Virus record (IMG/VR): IMGVR_UViG_3300046653_000093
Coordinates: 1-64,000 of that record
Length of the DNA: 64,000 bases
Reading direction: 5' to 3' (one strand)
Below, piece by piece: positions 1-9,964 of this stretch (positions are counted from its first letter, which is position 1; each line of letters opens with the position of its first letter). Below the pieces are notes generated by a model that did no database searches, had not been told where the DNA came from, and was given only the letters and a program-made list of their open reading frames with translations. The translations under genes were made by a program, and so were the position numbers.

Positions 1-10
1 AGCAGATTGG

Positions 11-841
11 ATGGAGCGCACCCGTGACGGTGGTAACTGGCAAGGGCGTGCTATGGATTTTCCAGAGTCATACTATGAAGAAAATTGCAAGTATCTATTA
101 GCAAAGCACTGGATGTTCGAAGATAGGCTGTGGAACTACATTGACATTGATATGCCTAGTGGATGCTTTGCCAAAGAACCATCTGATTGGGAAAAGAATT
201 GGGTAAATTTCTTCTTCAAGAACAAAGCTGTTGATCAGTGTGAATTCCGACGAAGAAGAATGTTGGCGTACCCGGTACAGCCGTTTGTATTCGCGGTCAT
301 CTTCTTGTTCTTCGCTTTGATAATTTCATTAGTTCAGATATTCAACCTAATGATTGGGCGTTGGACAATTTGGGAAGAGGTTTCAGCGTTTAAGATTGAT
401 AGAAAAGTTGACTTCTTGACCATTGAAAAATTTGGCAACCTTAAATGGTTATTGTTGCCAATGCCATGGTTAATTACAGTCGCATTCGTTCTTTTGAAAA
501 TCACCCATTTGAAGGTATGGATGCTGATACCTCCAGCATTCCTATTACTTATTCCAATTGCTTACTTGATTTTAGCTATAGTCATAATTGGTTGTGAAGC
601 TTTTGGTAAATGGATAACGCGGAGAAGTCCCAGAATACAAGAGGCGCGTAAGAAGAAGCTTGAGAAAGAGCGTCAACGCCAATTAGCCCTCCGCAAAGCA
701 GAGCTTGAAGCGCTCGATCTACTACTGTGTTCTTCTGGTAAAAGAATAACCAAGATCAAAGATCTGCCAAAGAATAAGCGAACTATCAAATTGAAGTTTA
801 ATGCTGTAAAGAGCCGTGTATGTAGGCCATTTGCCAGATAA
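11..841 (+). CDS. hypothetical membrane protein (may start before the window)
   Basis: 276-aa ORF with about 3 hydrophobic segments and a basic C-terminus. Confidence 0.6.
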   Translation: MERTRDGGNWQGRAMDFPESYYEENCKYLLAKHWMFEDRLWNYIDIDMPSGCFAKEPSDWEKNWVNFFFKNKAVDQCEFRRRRMLAYPVQPFVFAVIFLFFALIISLVQIFNLMIGRWTIWEEVSAFKIDRKVDFLTIEKFGNLKWLLLPMPWLITVAFVLLKITHLKVWMLIPPAFLLLIPIAYLILAIVIIGCEAFGKWITRRSPRIQEARKKKLEKERQRQLALRKAELEALDLLLCSSGKRITKIKDLPKNKRTIKLKFNAVKSRVCRPFAR

Positions 842-932
842 GTAACACAACAGCGCACATCTATATTACCAAAGAAATGTATTGATTTTTTTTATAGATC
901 GTGCATGAATATCCTCCACACTGAGGTGGCGG

Positions 933-1214
933 ATGTTAGTAAAATCAGCGAACTTATTTGGTAGTCCCGTAGAACTTGATGACGCTTGGATAGCAGATCA
1001 TAAAGATCATTCTTTGTGCTGGATGAATCATACTGTATTCGATAAGAAAAAGAATATTAGCCATATATTCAAAGAATGCATATGTTACTCTTGCACAAAG
1101 ATAGCTCGGAAGTTGATTGGAGATATTGGTCAGATTAAAGCTCCAGTAACTTCCGATAAGAAGGCGAAAGTAATAAAGGGTAGGCGAAGTAAAATTGAGA
1201 GTGTATTCTTTTAG
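933..1214 (+). CDS. hypothetical protein
   Basis: ORF with GAGGTG SD upstream; ends in TAG. Confidence 0.55.
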   Translation: MLVKSANLFGSPVELDDAWIADHKDHSLCWMNHTVFDKKKNISHIFKECICYSCTKIARKLIGDIGQIKAPVTSDKKAKVIKGRRSKIESVFF

Positions 1215-1302
1215 GTCGAGAGTCTTAGCCAGAAAAACTTAATAACCCAGTCCTAGTTTGCCTTCCCGTAGTTCTAGGACTGGGTTAATTTATTGGGACA
1301 AA

Positions 1303-1641
1303 ATGAAACGCCAAATATTCAAGTCAAAGATCCATCGAGCAACCGTAACTGGATCAAATATAGACTACGAAGGTAGTGTTACGATTGACTCTAATTTAAT
1401 GCGAGCGGCTGATATTGTTCCATATGAGGCAGTTCATATTTGGAACATAACTAACGGTTCACGCCTTTTCACATACGCCATTCAGGGTGATAATGACAGC
1501 GGAGAAATTTGTATCAATGGCGCTGGGGCAAAGCTGTGCAATGTTGGAGATCTAGTTATTATCGCAACATTTACCGAGATGACAAACAAAGTAGCCCGCA
1601 AGTGGATACCAAGGGTTGCCAGCAGTTCAACGGAAACTTGA
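1303..1641 (+). CDS. panD: aspartate 1-decarboxylase; 3' end interrupted by IS607, native tail continues at 4681-4844
   Basis: [18 protein letters not shown] (Gly-Ser autocleavage site), [22 protein letters not shown]; removing the IS restores ...WIPRVILVDEKNKI. Confidence 0.93.
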   Translation: MKRQIFKSKIHRATVTGSNIDYEGSVTIDSNLMRAADIVPYEAVHIWNITNGSRLFTYAIQGDNDSGEICINGAGAKLCNVGDLVIIATFTEMTNKVARKWIPRVASSSTET

Positions 1642-1692
1642 CTAAAGTTACTTGACTCCGCTCAACCCGTGGGTAATCCTTTTATCAGATCG

Positions 1693-1888
1693 GATGTACA
1701 TGAAGATGAAAGTGGTTCGAGTTTCGGCCACTGAGTTCGAATTGGAAGACGGTAGGGTATTTCCCCACGTCACCCCACTCGAACCGGTTCCGACTCCCGA
1801 AGAGTTTCAAGTACATTACGACCTGTGGTCAGATCGGTTGAAGTCCAAGGATGTCCAGTGGCCTCGTTTCGCTCAAAAAAGCGGCTGA
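1693..1888 (+). CDS. small hypothetical protein inside the IS607 left end
   Basis: ORF overlapping the tnpA start; start codon uncertain. Confidence 0.5.
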
Positions 1889-2474
1889 AATCCTTGGTTG
1901 TGGTACCTCGACGCTTCGGACTTGGGACAAGAACAAGAGCCTCGTAGCCGTTAGAACCCCAGGTGGTCAGCGCCGGTACCGCACTGAAGACCTAGACCGC
2001 TTCCAAGGGATCATCAAAAAGACCTCCAAGATGTCGGAAAATGTCGCTGTCTACGCTCGGGTTTCGAGCCATGAGCAGAAGGCTAAGGGCGACCTTGACC
2101 GTCAAAAGGGAAGGCTTCTAGAGCATTGCGTCAAGCAGAGCTACTCGGTGACGCATGTCATGGAGGAAGTCGGATCTGGGATGACGGACACTCGGCCGAA
2201 GATGCTCCGCCTTCTTGAGTTGGCCACGAGGGGCGAGATTGGGCGGGTGGTTATCGAGCACAAGGATCGACTCGCGAGGTTCAACTTCAACATATTCCAA
2301 AAGTTCTTCGAGAGTCATGGTGTACAGGTTGAGTGGCTGGAAAACGTGCTCCCAAAGTCCTACGAGGCCGAACTAGTCGAGGATATGGTCAGCCTCATGT
2401 CCAGCTTCTCAGCCAAAGTTTACGGAAAACGGAGCGCTGAGAACCGCCGAAAGAAGAAGCAAGAGGCCGCCTGA
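1851..2474 (+). CDS. tnpA: IS607 transposase (MerR-type HTH plus serine recombinase)
   Basis: AAEILG..TLRTWD..RTPGGQRRY HTH; YARVSS catalytic motif; EHKDRLARF; ELVEDMVSLMSSFSAKVYGKRS. Confidence 0.95.
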   Translation: MSSGLVSLKKAAEILGCGTSTLRTWDKNKSLVAVRTPGGQRRYRTEDLDRFQGIIKKTSKMSENVAVYARVSSHEQKAKGDLDRQKGRLLEHCVKQSYSVTHVMEEVGSGMTDTRPKMLRLLELATRGEIGRVVIEHKDRLARFNFNIFQKFFESHGVQVEWLENVLPKSYEAELVEDMVSLMSSFSAKVYGKRSAENRRKKKQEAA

Positions 2475-2809
2475 TGGAACCTAATGAGTCAAAGATTGAG
2501 GTTTTCGCAAGGTGGTACGGGTATCCGTCTGTCTACTGTCAAGCGAGCACACCAGATTACCGATATGTCGTAGCTATCCCTAGACTCCCCTACAACATAC
2601 TGGAAGAATTCAAGAAGGAACTGGACTCTCACTCCTCCGATGGTGATCCATACTTCGTGTTTGAATACTCAGATCAGTTCCTCAGTATAGCCGGTACCTT
2701 TGATATTCCGCGTAACCACTGTGAGAGTTGGGTGCAATGCTACTTGACTGCCCGCCCTGAGGGTGGGCTCAGATTCAAAAACGAGCCATGGTCAGAAAGG
2801 AACCCATGA
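2474..2809 (+). CDS. hypothetical cargo protein in IS607
   Basis: start overlaps the tnpA stop (TGATG). Confidence 0.6.
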   Translation: MEPNESKIEVFARWYGYPSVYCQASTPDYRYVVAIPRLPYNILEEFKKELDSHSSDGDPYFVFEYSDQFLSIAGTFDIPRNHCESWVQCYLTARPEGGLRFKNEPWSERNP

Positions 2810-3222
2810 CAAGTTACTCCAACTTCTTTGAGATGCTGGACGCTATTGAAGCGAAGATGCAAGACCCACGTTGTAAGGAGGCTGGACTCACCCCTTACAC
2901 AGGGGAGCCTCTACTAACGAGTATGGATCTTGGGTGGATCGTTGCGCTTCCCCTAAGCGAACGGGACGAAACATTCCAGTTCAGTGTGAGTCTACGTCAG
3001 ATAAAGATTGACCGGCAAGATCCTAGATGGGCCGATGCTTATGCCAGGCTCCAATCATTTACGACCCACTTCATTACATGTCCAAAGCATGGGGTGGTTA
3101 AAGGCATCCCGATACACAAGCTTCAAGGCAAGAAAGAGGGATCTGAGACGCTGGTATGCATACCTTGTGTGGCTGAGCGCATGGTGAATCCTGTTCGAAC
3201 TTCAGCCAATCTCTCGATATGA
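2788..3222 (+). CDS. hypothetical cargo protein in IS607 (CxxH/CxxC Zn motif)
   Basis: ORF between cargo 1 and tnpB; ATGA overlap with tnpB. Confidence 0.6.
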   Translation: MVRKEPMTSYSNFFEMLDAIEAKMQDPRCKEAGLTPYTGEPLLTSMDLGWIVALPLSERDETFQFSVSLRQIKIDRQDPRWADAYARLQSFTTHFITCPKHGVVKGIPIHKLQGKKEGSETLVCIPCVAERMVNPVRTSANLSI

Positions 3223-4646
3223 AGAAATGTCGGTTCTTCATGCTGCATCCTGAGTGCAACCCTGGGAAGATTCAATCCCTGGAAGCTCTTCACGTCGAGT
3301 ACATAGCTTATGTCCGGATCTGCGTTCAGACGATGCTCAAAGCCCATAGGCTGACTTTGCCCCGCTCGGAGAAGCAGGACTTCTTCCCCAGGGCTGAGAA
3401 GCTTACGTCTCAGATTGAGAAAAACGCCCGCGACCATGCCATCCAGATTGTGAGCACTTGGGCTAAGTCGGTTTATGCCAGGAAGATCAAGACTTTCATC
3501 AGGTTATCTTTCAAAGAGGGGAACTTTGACGAGGACTTCTGTAAGCAGCTTTACACGGTGGGTAAGTACTTGATTCATGAGCCGAAGGAAACCGTGTCCC
3601 AGGAAGCAATTGATCTGTATTGGTCTTGGCTCTCTGACCCAGAAGTAGTGGGGAACCCGCCTTCCATATCCAGTCGGATTCCAATGAGGATGTCGGAGAA
3701 CACCTGCTCATTGGAAGACCCAGAAGAGGCTACCCACGCGGATCTTTGGCTCAAGATCTCAACTTTGATTTCTCGGAAGCTTGCTTGGCTACCACTGGTT
3801 GGGAACCCATACGTCAAGAAGTCATCTGACGTAAGTAAGGGAATCCACGCTAGAAAAGACCGAAAGGGCCGTTGGCGGTTCGAAGCCGTTGATACCAAAG
3901 AGTGGTTGGTCTGCGAGGCCGAACCTGACTTACCCAGGATTGGAGTCGATGTAGGACTAAACGTGGTAGCGGCTACTTCGAGCGGACACGTGTTTGGGGC
4001 CTACCTAAAACCCAAGTTCAACAGGCTCTACGACAAGGTCAGGGAAGTCAGGGCGAACCGCCAAAGGCAGGATCTCAAGGAGAACAGTCCTAGGCTAGAC
4101 CGACTAGAATCACGCCTCTCTGGCTTGACCAAGAGCTTCACGGGACGGGTATCCAATGAACTGATCCGAACGTACTCTGAGTCCGTCTTCGTCTTAGAAG
4201 ACCTAGATCTTCGTGGTTGTCGTGGGCAAAAACGCTTCTGTTACAGGGAATTAGCTCATGCCCTTGAATCAAAGGCTCCAACTGAAAAGGTGAATCCGGC
4301 CTACAGTTCTCAGACATGCCCTTCGTGTGGGCATGTCTCTAGATACAATCGGGCTGGAATAGATTTCATCTGTCGCCAGTGCGGCAGGATTTCACATGCC
4401 GACGTGGTAGGAGGGATCAATTTGCTCGGACGTTCCGAGAGCAAACAGATTGGCCTCGATGATCATCCGTCGGAAGTGAAGGGAGTGCTTGTGAGGCTAT
4501 ACTGGTCTAGGAGGAATCCGGATCAGGACTGTCCACAAGACTTCTTGAATAAATACGCGCCATTACCGTATGGCCGAAGGCTTACTACCAGGGGACTCTC
4601 TCGAAAGAGAAGCACTGGCATAGCTTTTAATCAGGTAGCTGCTTGA
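3219..4646 (+). CDS. tnpB: TnpB RNA-guided nuclease
   Basis: RuvC-I IGVDVGLN, RuvC-II VLEDL, Zn finger CPSC..CRQC, RuvC-III HADVVGGINL. Confidence 0.93.
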   Translation: MKKCRFFMLHPECNPGKIQSLEALHVEYIAYVRICVQTMLKAHRLTLPRSEKQDFFPRAEKLTSQIEKNARDHAIQIVSTWAKSVYARKIKTFIRLSFKEGNFDEDFCKQLYTVGKYLIHEPKETVSQEAIDLYWSWLSDPEVVGNPPSISSRIPMRMSENTCSLEDPEEATHADLWLKISTLISRKLAWLPLVGNPYVKKSSDVSKGIHARKDRKGRWRFEAVDTKEWLVCEAEPDLPRIGVDVGLNVVAATSSGHVFGAYLKPKFNRLYDKVREVRANRQRQDLKENSPRLDRLESRLSGLTKSFTGRVSNELIRTYSESVFVLEDLDLRGCRGQKRFCYRELAHALESKAPTEKVNPAYSSQTCPSCGHVSRYNRAGIDFICRQCGRISHADVVGGINLLGRSESKQIGLDDHPSEVKGVLVRLYWSRRNPDQDCPQDFLNKYAPLPYGRRLTTRGLSRKRSTGIAFNQVAA

Positions 4647-4680
4647 CTACACGTAAGTTTGAGCAACTTCTTGAGTACGG

Positions 4681-4844
4681 TAATCCTGGTTGATGAAAAA
4701 AACAAGATAACACCCATTGTTGGTATTGCTATCGATCTGGAAACCGCACCCATTAGGCCTGATGAAAAAAAACCAACTACAATAATGGTGAACACTAATT
4801 ACTGGCAGAACCCTATCGGAACTAATAGCACAGGTATCGGATGA
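4681..4844 (+). pseudogene. panD: displaced native 3' end of panD
   Basis: (V)ILVDEKNKI matches the usual PanD C-terminal strand; in frame with 1303 once the IS is removed. Confidence 0.8.
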
Positions 4845-5125
4845 AATCTTTCATACCTCAAGCCTGGGCAATTCCGCCAGGTAGACATAGATCACAATTC
4901 AGAGTTGTAACTAAGTTCTTTGTATTCAAATATGTTTTACCAACTATTGTTGATGGATATTATCTTCAACAACGGCGATGGAAGCAAAATATTATACAGG
5001 AATATAAGGTAATTGGTGATTTGTATTGCGGATGTAGAGAAGTTCATAAATGGATTGATGTTTCTTGGTACGATAACTGCCTAGAAGCATGTGGTGATAC
5101 CTGCGACCTGCGACCCAGGCCATAG

Positions 5126-5503
5126 ATGAGAAGTATCGTAAAAGTACGCTGTGATTTTTGTAACGCAAAGATGGCCACGTGGGAATATATGCCACGTGAT
5201 TTCGAATACTATTGCGATGATTGCGTACCGCGCGGATGCTCTTGTAATCTAATCGGCGATGTAGATGATGAGTCTGGAATTGAGGCTACCGATGAGCTCG
5301 GTAGACTTCTTCCATGCTGTGAGTTTTTATATTCTAAGAATGGATGGACGGCTAATTACCTTCTGAAAAAAGGATGTCAATTTCCATTCAAACACAATTA
5401 CCAACACCCTAAGTGGGTCAATATTGTAGATCAAAAATACATGTTAGCTTTCATGAGGAGGCTATATGCTACGAGAAGCAAGAGAAGCATTTCTGAAACA
5501 TGA
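5126..5503 (+). CDS. Cys-rich hypothetical protein
   Basis: CDFC, CDDCVPRGCSCN, DELGRLLPCCEF. Confidence 0.65.
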   Translation: MRSIVKVRCDFCNAKMATWEYMPRDFEYYCDDCVPRGCSCNLIGDVDDESGIEATDELGRLLPCCEFLYSKNGWTANYLLKKGCQFPFKHNYQHPKWVNIVDQKYMLAFMRRLYATRSKRSISET

Positions 5504-5783
5504 TCTTTATAGAATAATATTGCCACCTGAGGCTTGGGATGGGGCATACAAACTTGAAGATCTTCCAGTTCCAACACACAAAAAGGTTGCATCTAAAGGT
5601 GCTCGCTTTGTATATTGCGAGACCGATAGAAAAGACGCTGGAATGGGTTGGTTCGCAGATGCCGGTAATGGTAATTACAGAGCTGGTAATTGCGGGTTTG
5701 GAAAGATGGGTGGTGCTTGGGCCAAAGAACATCTAACTGAACCAGTCGATATTGTAGGCACCAGGTTTAGGAATCAGTGGTAA
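5466..5783 (+). CDS. hypothetical protein
   Basis: co-directional ORF in a gene run. Confidence 0.55.
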   Translation: MLREAREAFLKHDLYRIILPPEAWDGAYKLEDLPVPTHKKVASKGARFVYCETDRKDAGMGWFADAGNGNYRAGNCGFGKMGGAWAKEHLTEPVDIVGTRFRNQW

Positions 5784-5827
5784 ATCCTCCTGAGTAAAGA
5801 GATTATGACTACTATCACGAGTTTATA

Positions 5828-6373
5828 TTGATACATAGCAACACCTCTAAAAGAGACAAGGTTTATAAATCCCTTGGTAAAATCATGACTAATCTATTCC
5901 CAACTCCAAGTGATTTGAAATATGGACACTCCAAAACTCTATGCCCTCATGACGATGTCTTATCATTATTCAATAATGAAGCCCAACATAAATCCGAATG
6001 CATAAACAAGGCTGTGGTAGATTGGATTGAATCAGAAGCTTCGAGGCGTGGGTGGAGTAGCGTTGAGTGGTTTAATGATTCTTTCACTGGTCGTGGTTGT
6101 TGGTTATCATTAACTCCACATCCAATTCCGTCAATTGGAGAGGCACTTTCAAGAGCATTCACTCGCATTGCTCATCATGCTTGCCGGCAAGGTGAATCTA
6201 ACAATAGATGCTGGCCAGATATTTCGGAGCTTCCAGAACCAGAAGATTGGAAGATGGTTGGAAATAAATACTCAAAAGAATTCGCAATAGAATTAATGAC
6301 TATATATTTCTCAAAGGAAAACTTCTTACAAGACTTAGTCATGATTGGTCATTTTCGAGAAAGCGGATTCTAG
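5828..6373 (+). CDS. hypothetical protein
   Basis: 181-aa ORF; start uncertain. Confidence 0.5.
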   Translation: MIHSNTSKRDKVYKSLGKIMTNLFPTPSDLKYGHSKTLCPHDDVLSLFNNEAQHKSECINKAVVDWIESEASRRGWSSVEWFNDSFTGRGCWLSLTPHPIPSIGEALSRAFTRIAHHACRQGESNNRCWPDISELPEPEDWKMVGNKYSKEFAIELMTIYFSKENFLQDLVMIGHFRESGF

Positions 6374-6642
6374 GAGTATACAATGCGAACATATACATTG
6401 TCACGAATTTATATTGATACAGAACACCAGAGAGATTGCTGTGGGGATATAAATTATACAAATAGTGAGCCATTTCTTATTATAAAGTGCAATGATGTCC
6501 CAATTAGATTTGCATCTGTTAAGAGCATTGAATCTAGTAGAGATATTTTTGAGAAACTAGACACTAACATCTTTACAGTTGAAGATATATTAGATGTTTT
6601 GTGTAAAAGTAAATTAACTATCTCACACGATATGGAAACATT

Positions 6643-7905
6643 ATGACTAGAACATTTGAATTAGGCGGCGAAGTAAACACTAGCAAAATAAGTTCTACTG
6701 TTAGTGTTCGTGACCAAATCATACAAAAAGTTGGTGGGGATATTGAACAGGTTTGCGAGCTTGGTCATCCTCTAATCGGCGGAAAACCAGGATATCGTGA
6801 TGAATCGTATATATCAAATCTAGTTGGTCTAGCCCACCTTTCATTCTCTAGTCACCGCCATATGATATTGGATCCAGATGCAGTCTGGATTACAATCGAA
6901 CATGGGCTGGCAACTCACATCAAAGAGAATGCCGAAGCTCTTCGTGACAAGTTCGTTTCATTCAAGGGCAAACGAACAATCGATATCAGGCGAGACGAAT
7001 TTAGGCGCGGCTCAATCAATAATTGGGAGGGATGCTTTGATGAGTTCTCGGAGAAGATTGGGGAATTTATCGGCCCAAAGAAAGATTTGATTGTCGGAAA
7101 TTTCTCGACCACAGGACAGCTACAAAGAGTATCCTCCGAAATTGTTCTGATGGATGCTATGAGTAAATACTTCGATTACTCAGTCAAAACATGTTGTCAC
7201 ATTCCTGTGATAACCCTCACTGGTACTGTGGAAGATTGGGAACGCATCCGTGATAAGGTGAATTCATTTGATGAATTTGGTTTGTCTTGGTGGGCAGATC
7301 ACCTGAAGCCAGTCCTTGATCAATTAGTTCTAGCCGCTAAGGGAGAGGTTGATATTGACTTCTGGAAGAGCTGGTATAAAGAGGGCGGCGGTAGTGGTGG
7401 CCCATTTATCTCAGGACATGTCAACGCATTCTTTCCATATTTAGGAAGAGATAATAGTAAAAACAAGTATATGGGTACTTGTCCGTCTCATCACGGGAAT
7501 ACTCTATCCTCTTTCAACCAATCTATTTCTAAGGTTCCATTCATTTGGGATTACTATAACCAGGAATATCCTATGGAGTTTGTTGGTGGATTGATTGGGC
7601 TAACACAAGATGACTCTGGCCGTGTTCAATGTTCCTTTGGCTGGGCTGTTCGAGATGAGTCAGTTCCACTCTCTAATTACCCAATCGAGAAGCTTGTGAA
7701 GGATATGGTCATCCACAACAAAGATGGAGAGGCCGGATTATTGAAGAGAGCTGAGGCAGAGCATTGGGATAATGCTCCAGATGACAAGCAGCTTTACGAA
7801 GTTCAAATCGAATGGAAAGACGGTTTGAAGACTTATAAGCAATGGGATTTTAATAATTTGTTCGTCAAAGAACCTGCTAATGGAGAGCAGATGGTGGTAG
7901 AGTAA
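6643..7905 (+). CDS. DUF4419-like protein
   Basis: PDAVWITI, HIKENAEALRDKFVSFKGK, NFSTT, LMDAMSKYFDY, GGPFISG. Confidence 0.8.
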   Translation: MTRTFELGGEVNTSKISSTVSVRDQIIQKVGGDIEQVCELGHPLIGGKPGYRDESYISNLVGLAHLSFSSHRHMILDPDAVWITIEHGLATHIKENAEALRDKFVSFKGKRTIDIRRDEFRRGSINNWEGCFDEFSEKIGEFIGPKKDLIVGNFSTTGQLQRVSSEIVLMDAMSKYFDYSVKTCCHIPVITLTGTVEDWERIRDKVNSFDEFGLSWWADHLKPVLDQLVLAAKGEVDIDFWKSWYKEGGGSGGPFISGHVNAFFPYLGRDNSKNKYMGTCPSHHGNTLSSFNQSISKVPFIWDYYNQEYPMEFVGGLIGLTQDDSGRVQCSFGWAVRDESVPLSNYPIEKLVKDMVIHNKDGEAGLLKRAEAEHWDNAPDDKQLYEVQIEWKDGLKTYKQWDFNNLFVKEPANGEQMVVE

Positions 7906-7906
7906 T

Positions 7907-8785
7907 ATGCCAACAAGAATCATTGCATTAGGTACAGGCTCTGCCTTCACAATGAACAACTACCAAACTAACTTTGTCATCAAAAGAAATGGCAAGTATC
8001 TTTTGGTAGATTGTGGTGGCGATGTCAGATTTAGCCTTAGAGATCAGGGCCTGTCTGCCAAGGATATAGATGCTGTCTATATTTCACATGCTCACGCAGA
8101 TCATGTGGGCGGCATGGAGTTCTTGGCATTCACACGCTACTTTACAAAGAGATCAATGGAAAATGCTAGGGCCCTCGCGCGAACTGTCGATCCTGAGCAT
8201 TCCCCAGAGCCACTTCAATTACCAGTGCTATTCTGTGAGCATGGGATGATTCGAACACTTTGGGATCACTCATTACGAGGAGGTCTCGAAGGACTTGAGG
8301 GAATCGACGCCAACATCGACACCTATTTCAGGGTACATCCAGTGCCAAAAAACGGATCGTTCGAGTGGGAGGGCTTGAAGTTCGATATCGTTCAAAGCCT
8401 TCATGTCTCTGCTAAATATAGTATTGTTGATTCATTCGGGCTGATGTTTACTGATGATATTGGGTATCGAATATTCATCACTACAGATGTTCAGTTCGCC
8501 CCAGAGACATCTATGAAAGCCTATTACAAAGAGGCTGATGTCATAATTCATGACTGCGAAACAGGATTCAAAAGCGGAGTTCACGCCCATTACGATCAGC
8601 TAAGGACATTGGATAATAGCATTAAGAATAAGATGCTTTTGGTTCACTACCAAGACAATGTCTTGGAAGATTGGAATGCGTGGGTGGACAAGGCCAACCA
8701 GGACGGCTTCGACGGATTCGTCAAGCCTGGGCCGATTTGGTCTGATGAACCACCTGACGTAATCGCAGCAACAACGAATGTTTGA
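7907..8785 (+). CDS. MBL-fold metallo-hydrolase (RNase Z/phosphodiesterase-like)
   Basis: LGTGSAF, LVDCG, SHAHADH motif, HDCE, GVHAH, LVHY. Confidence 0.88.
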   Translation: MPTRIIALGTGSAFTMNNYQTNFVIKRNGKYLLVDCGGDVRFSLRDQGLSAKDIDAVYISHAHADHVGGMEFLAFTRYFTKRSMENARALARTVDPEHSPEPLQLPVLFCEHGMIRTLWDHSLRGGLEGLEGIDANIDTYFRVHPVPKNGSFEWEGLKFDIVQSLHVSAKYSIVDSFGLMFTDDIGYRIFITTDVQFAPETSMKAYYKEADVIIHDCETGFKSGVHAHYDQLRTLDNSIKNKMLLVHYQDNVLEDWNAWVDKANQDGFDGFVKPGPIWSDEPPDVIAATTNV

Positions 8786-8810
8786 CATCGGGCGGACAGC
8801 CTGATACGAT
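8782..8810 (+). promoter_or_regulatory. sigma70-type promoter
   Basis: TTGACA-17 nt-TACGAT upstream of NadM-Nudix. Confidence 0.65.
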
Positions 8811-8861
8811 GTCGGCAACCTTCTCACGGAGAGAAGAAGTCGGTACAACACGGAGAGTGTT

Positions 8862-9911
8862 ATGAAGAAAATGAAGATTGGTGTTTTCATTGCTCGGCTA
8901 CAACCGTTTCATCTTGCCCACGTTGATATTGTAAAGTTGGCAATGAAAGATAACGATCATGTGGTTATAATTCTTGGCTCTGCATGTCAGGCTAAGACAA
9001 TCAAGAATCCATGGACTACTGACGAGCGCGAATTGATGATTCGCAAATGTCTTACGTCAGAAGGAAATACCCACATAAGTGTTGTTGCTGCTAAAGACTA
9101 TTTCTATAATGACAACATGTGGCTATCTTCATTGCAGTCTGCATTGGGGTCTGTAAAGGTCAATGGCGTTGAAGTTGACCTTGATGATTGTGACGTAACG
9201 CTTTATGGTCATGATAAGGATAGGTCAACATTCTATCTCCACTTATTTCCTAAGTGGAAGCTCAATGATGTTGGAAACTTACGCACAGAGTTTCCTAGGC
9301 TAGATGCAACGTTGGTCAGATCATTTTTCTTCAAAGGTAATACGGCTGAGTTAAGAAAGTTTATACCACAACCTGTATATGATATGTTGCTATCAGAAAT
9401 GGGAACTAGTACATACCAAAATCTTGTTGCAGAATTCGACCACATTACTGAGTATAGAGCGCTATGGGCCTCATCTCCGTATCCAGTTCAATTTGTGACA
9501 ACCGATGCTCTTGTGATAAAGTCCGGACACGTACTAATGACGGTGCGTGGCGGATATCCAGGCAAAGGTCTAATCGCGCTACCTGGCGGATACTTGAATC
9601 CAGATGAGCGTATAGTTGACGGATGCCTTCGTGAGTTAAAAGAAGAAACGCAAATCGCTGTTAGCAAAGATGAGTTGAGGAAGGCAATTGTTGATCAGAG
9701 GGTCTTCGATCATCCAGAACGTTCTTTGCGCGGACGAACTATTACACATGGTTATTGCATAAATCTCGGTGCCGGAGACCTTCCAAAAGTAAAGCGCGGT
9801 GACGATGCCGCTGAAGCGTTTTGGATGCCACTTCGAGATGTTTATCGTAGAGAAGAAGATTTCTTCGAGGATCACTTCCACATCATATTCTTTTTTACTT
9901 CGAAATTTTAG
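8862..9911 (+). CDS. bifunctional NMN adenylyltransferase / Nudix ADP-ribose pyrophosphatase (NadM-Nudix)
   Basis: FIARLQPFHLAH nucleotidyltransferase motif, KNPW; ALPGGY..RELKEET Nudix box, RSLRGRTITH, GDDA, FEDH. Confidence 0.93.
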   Translation: MKKMKIGVFIARLQPFHLAHVDIVKLAMKDNDHVVIILGSACQAKTIKNPWTTDERELMIRKCLTSEGNTHISVVAAKDYFYNDNMWLSSLQSALGSVKVNGVEVDLDDCDVTLYGHDKDRSTFYLHLFPKWKLNDVGNLRTEFPRLDATLVRSFFFKGNTAELRKFIPQPVYDMLLSEMGTSTYQNLVAEFDHITEYRALWASSPYPVQFVTTDALVIKSGHVLMTVRGGYPGKGLIALPGGYLNPDERIVDGCLRELKEETQIAVSKDELRKAIVDQRVFDHPERSLRGRTITHGYCINLGAGDLPKVKRGDDAAEAFWMPLRDVYRREEDFFEDHFHIIFFFTSKF

Positions 9912-9964
9912 AATAACTAAAGTTCGGCGTCGAGAACGCCAAGGGGCGTGGCGTTCTCTACGCT

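Larger units (their letters stand above)
1616..4680 (+). mobile_element. IS607-family element with tnpA, tnpB and cargo ORFs
   Basis: Junctions CCAAGGG|TTGCC and GTACGG|TAATCC share GG; no target duplication; CTTGAC/CTTGAG repeats near both ends; excision restores the panD frame. Confidence 0.9.

Noticed and set aside
1616-1850. IStron (group I intron fused to IS607) that would splice out of panD
   Set aside because: The left end is only about 235 nt, mostly an ORF, and I could not identify group I core elements; a covariance search would settle it
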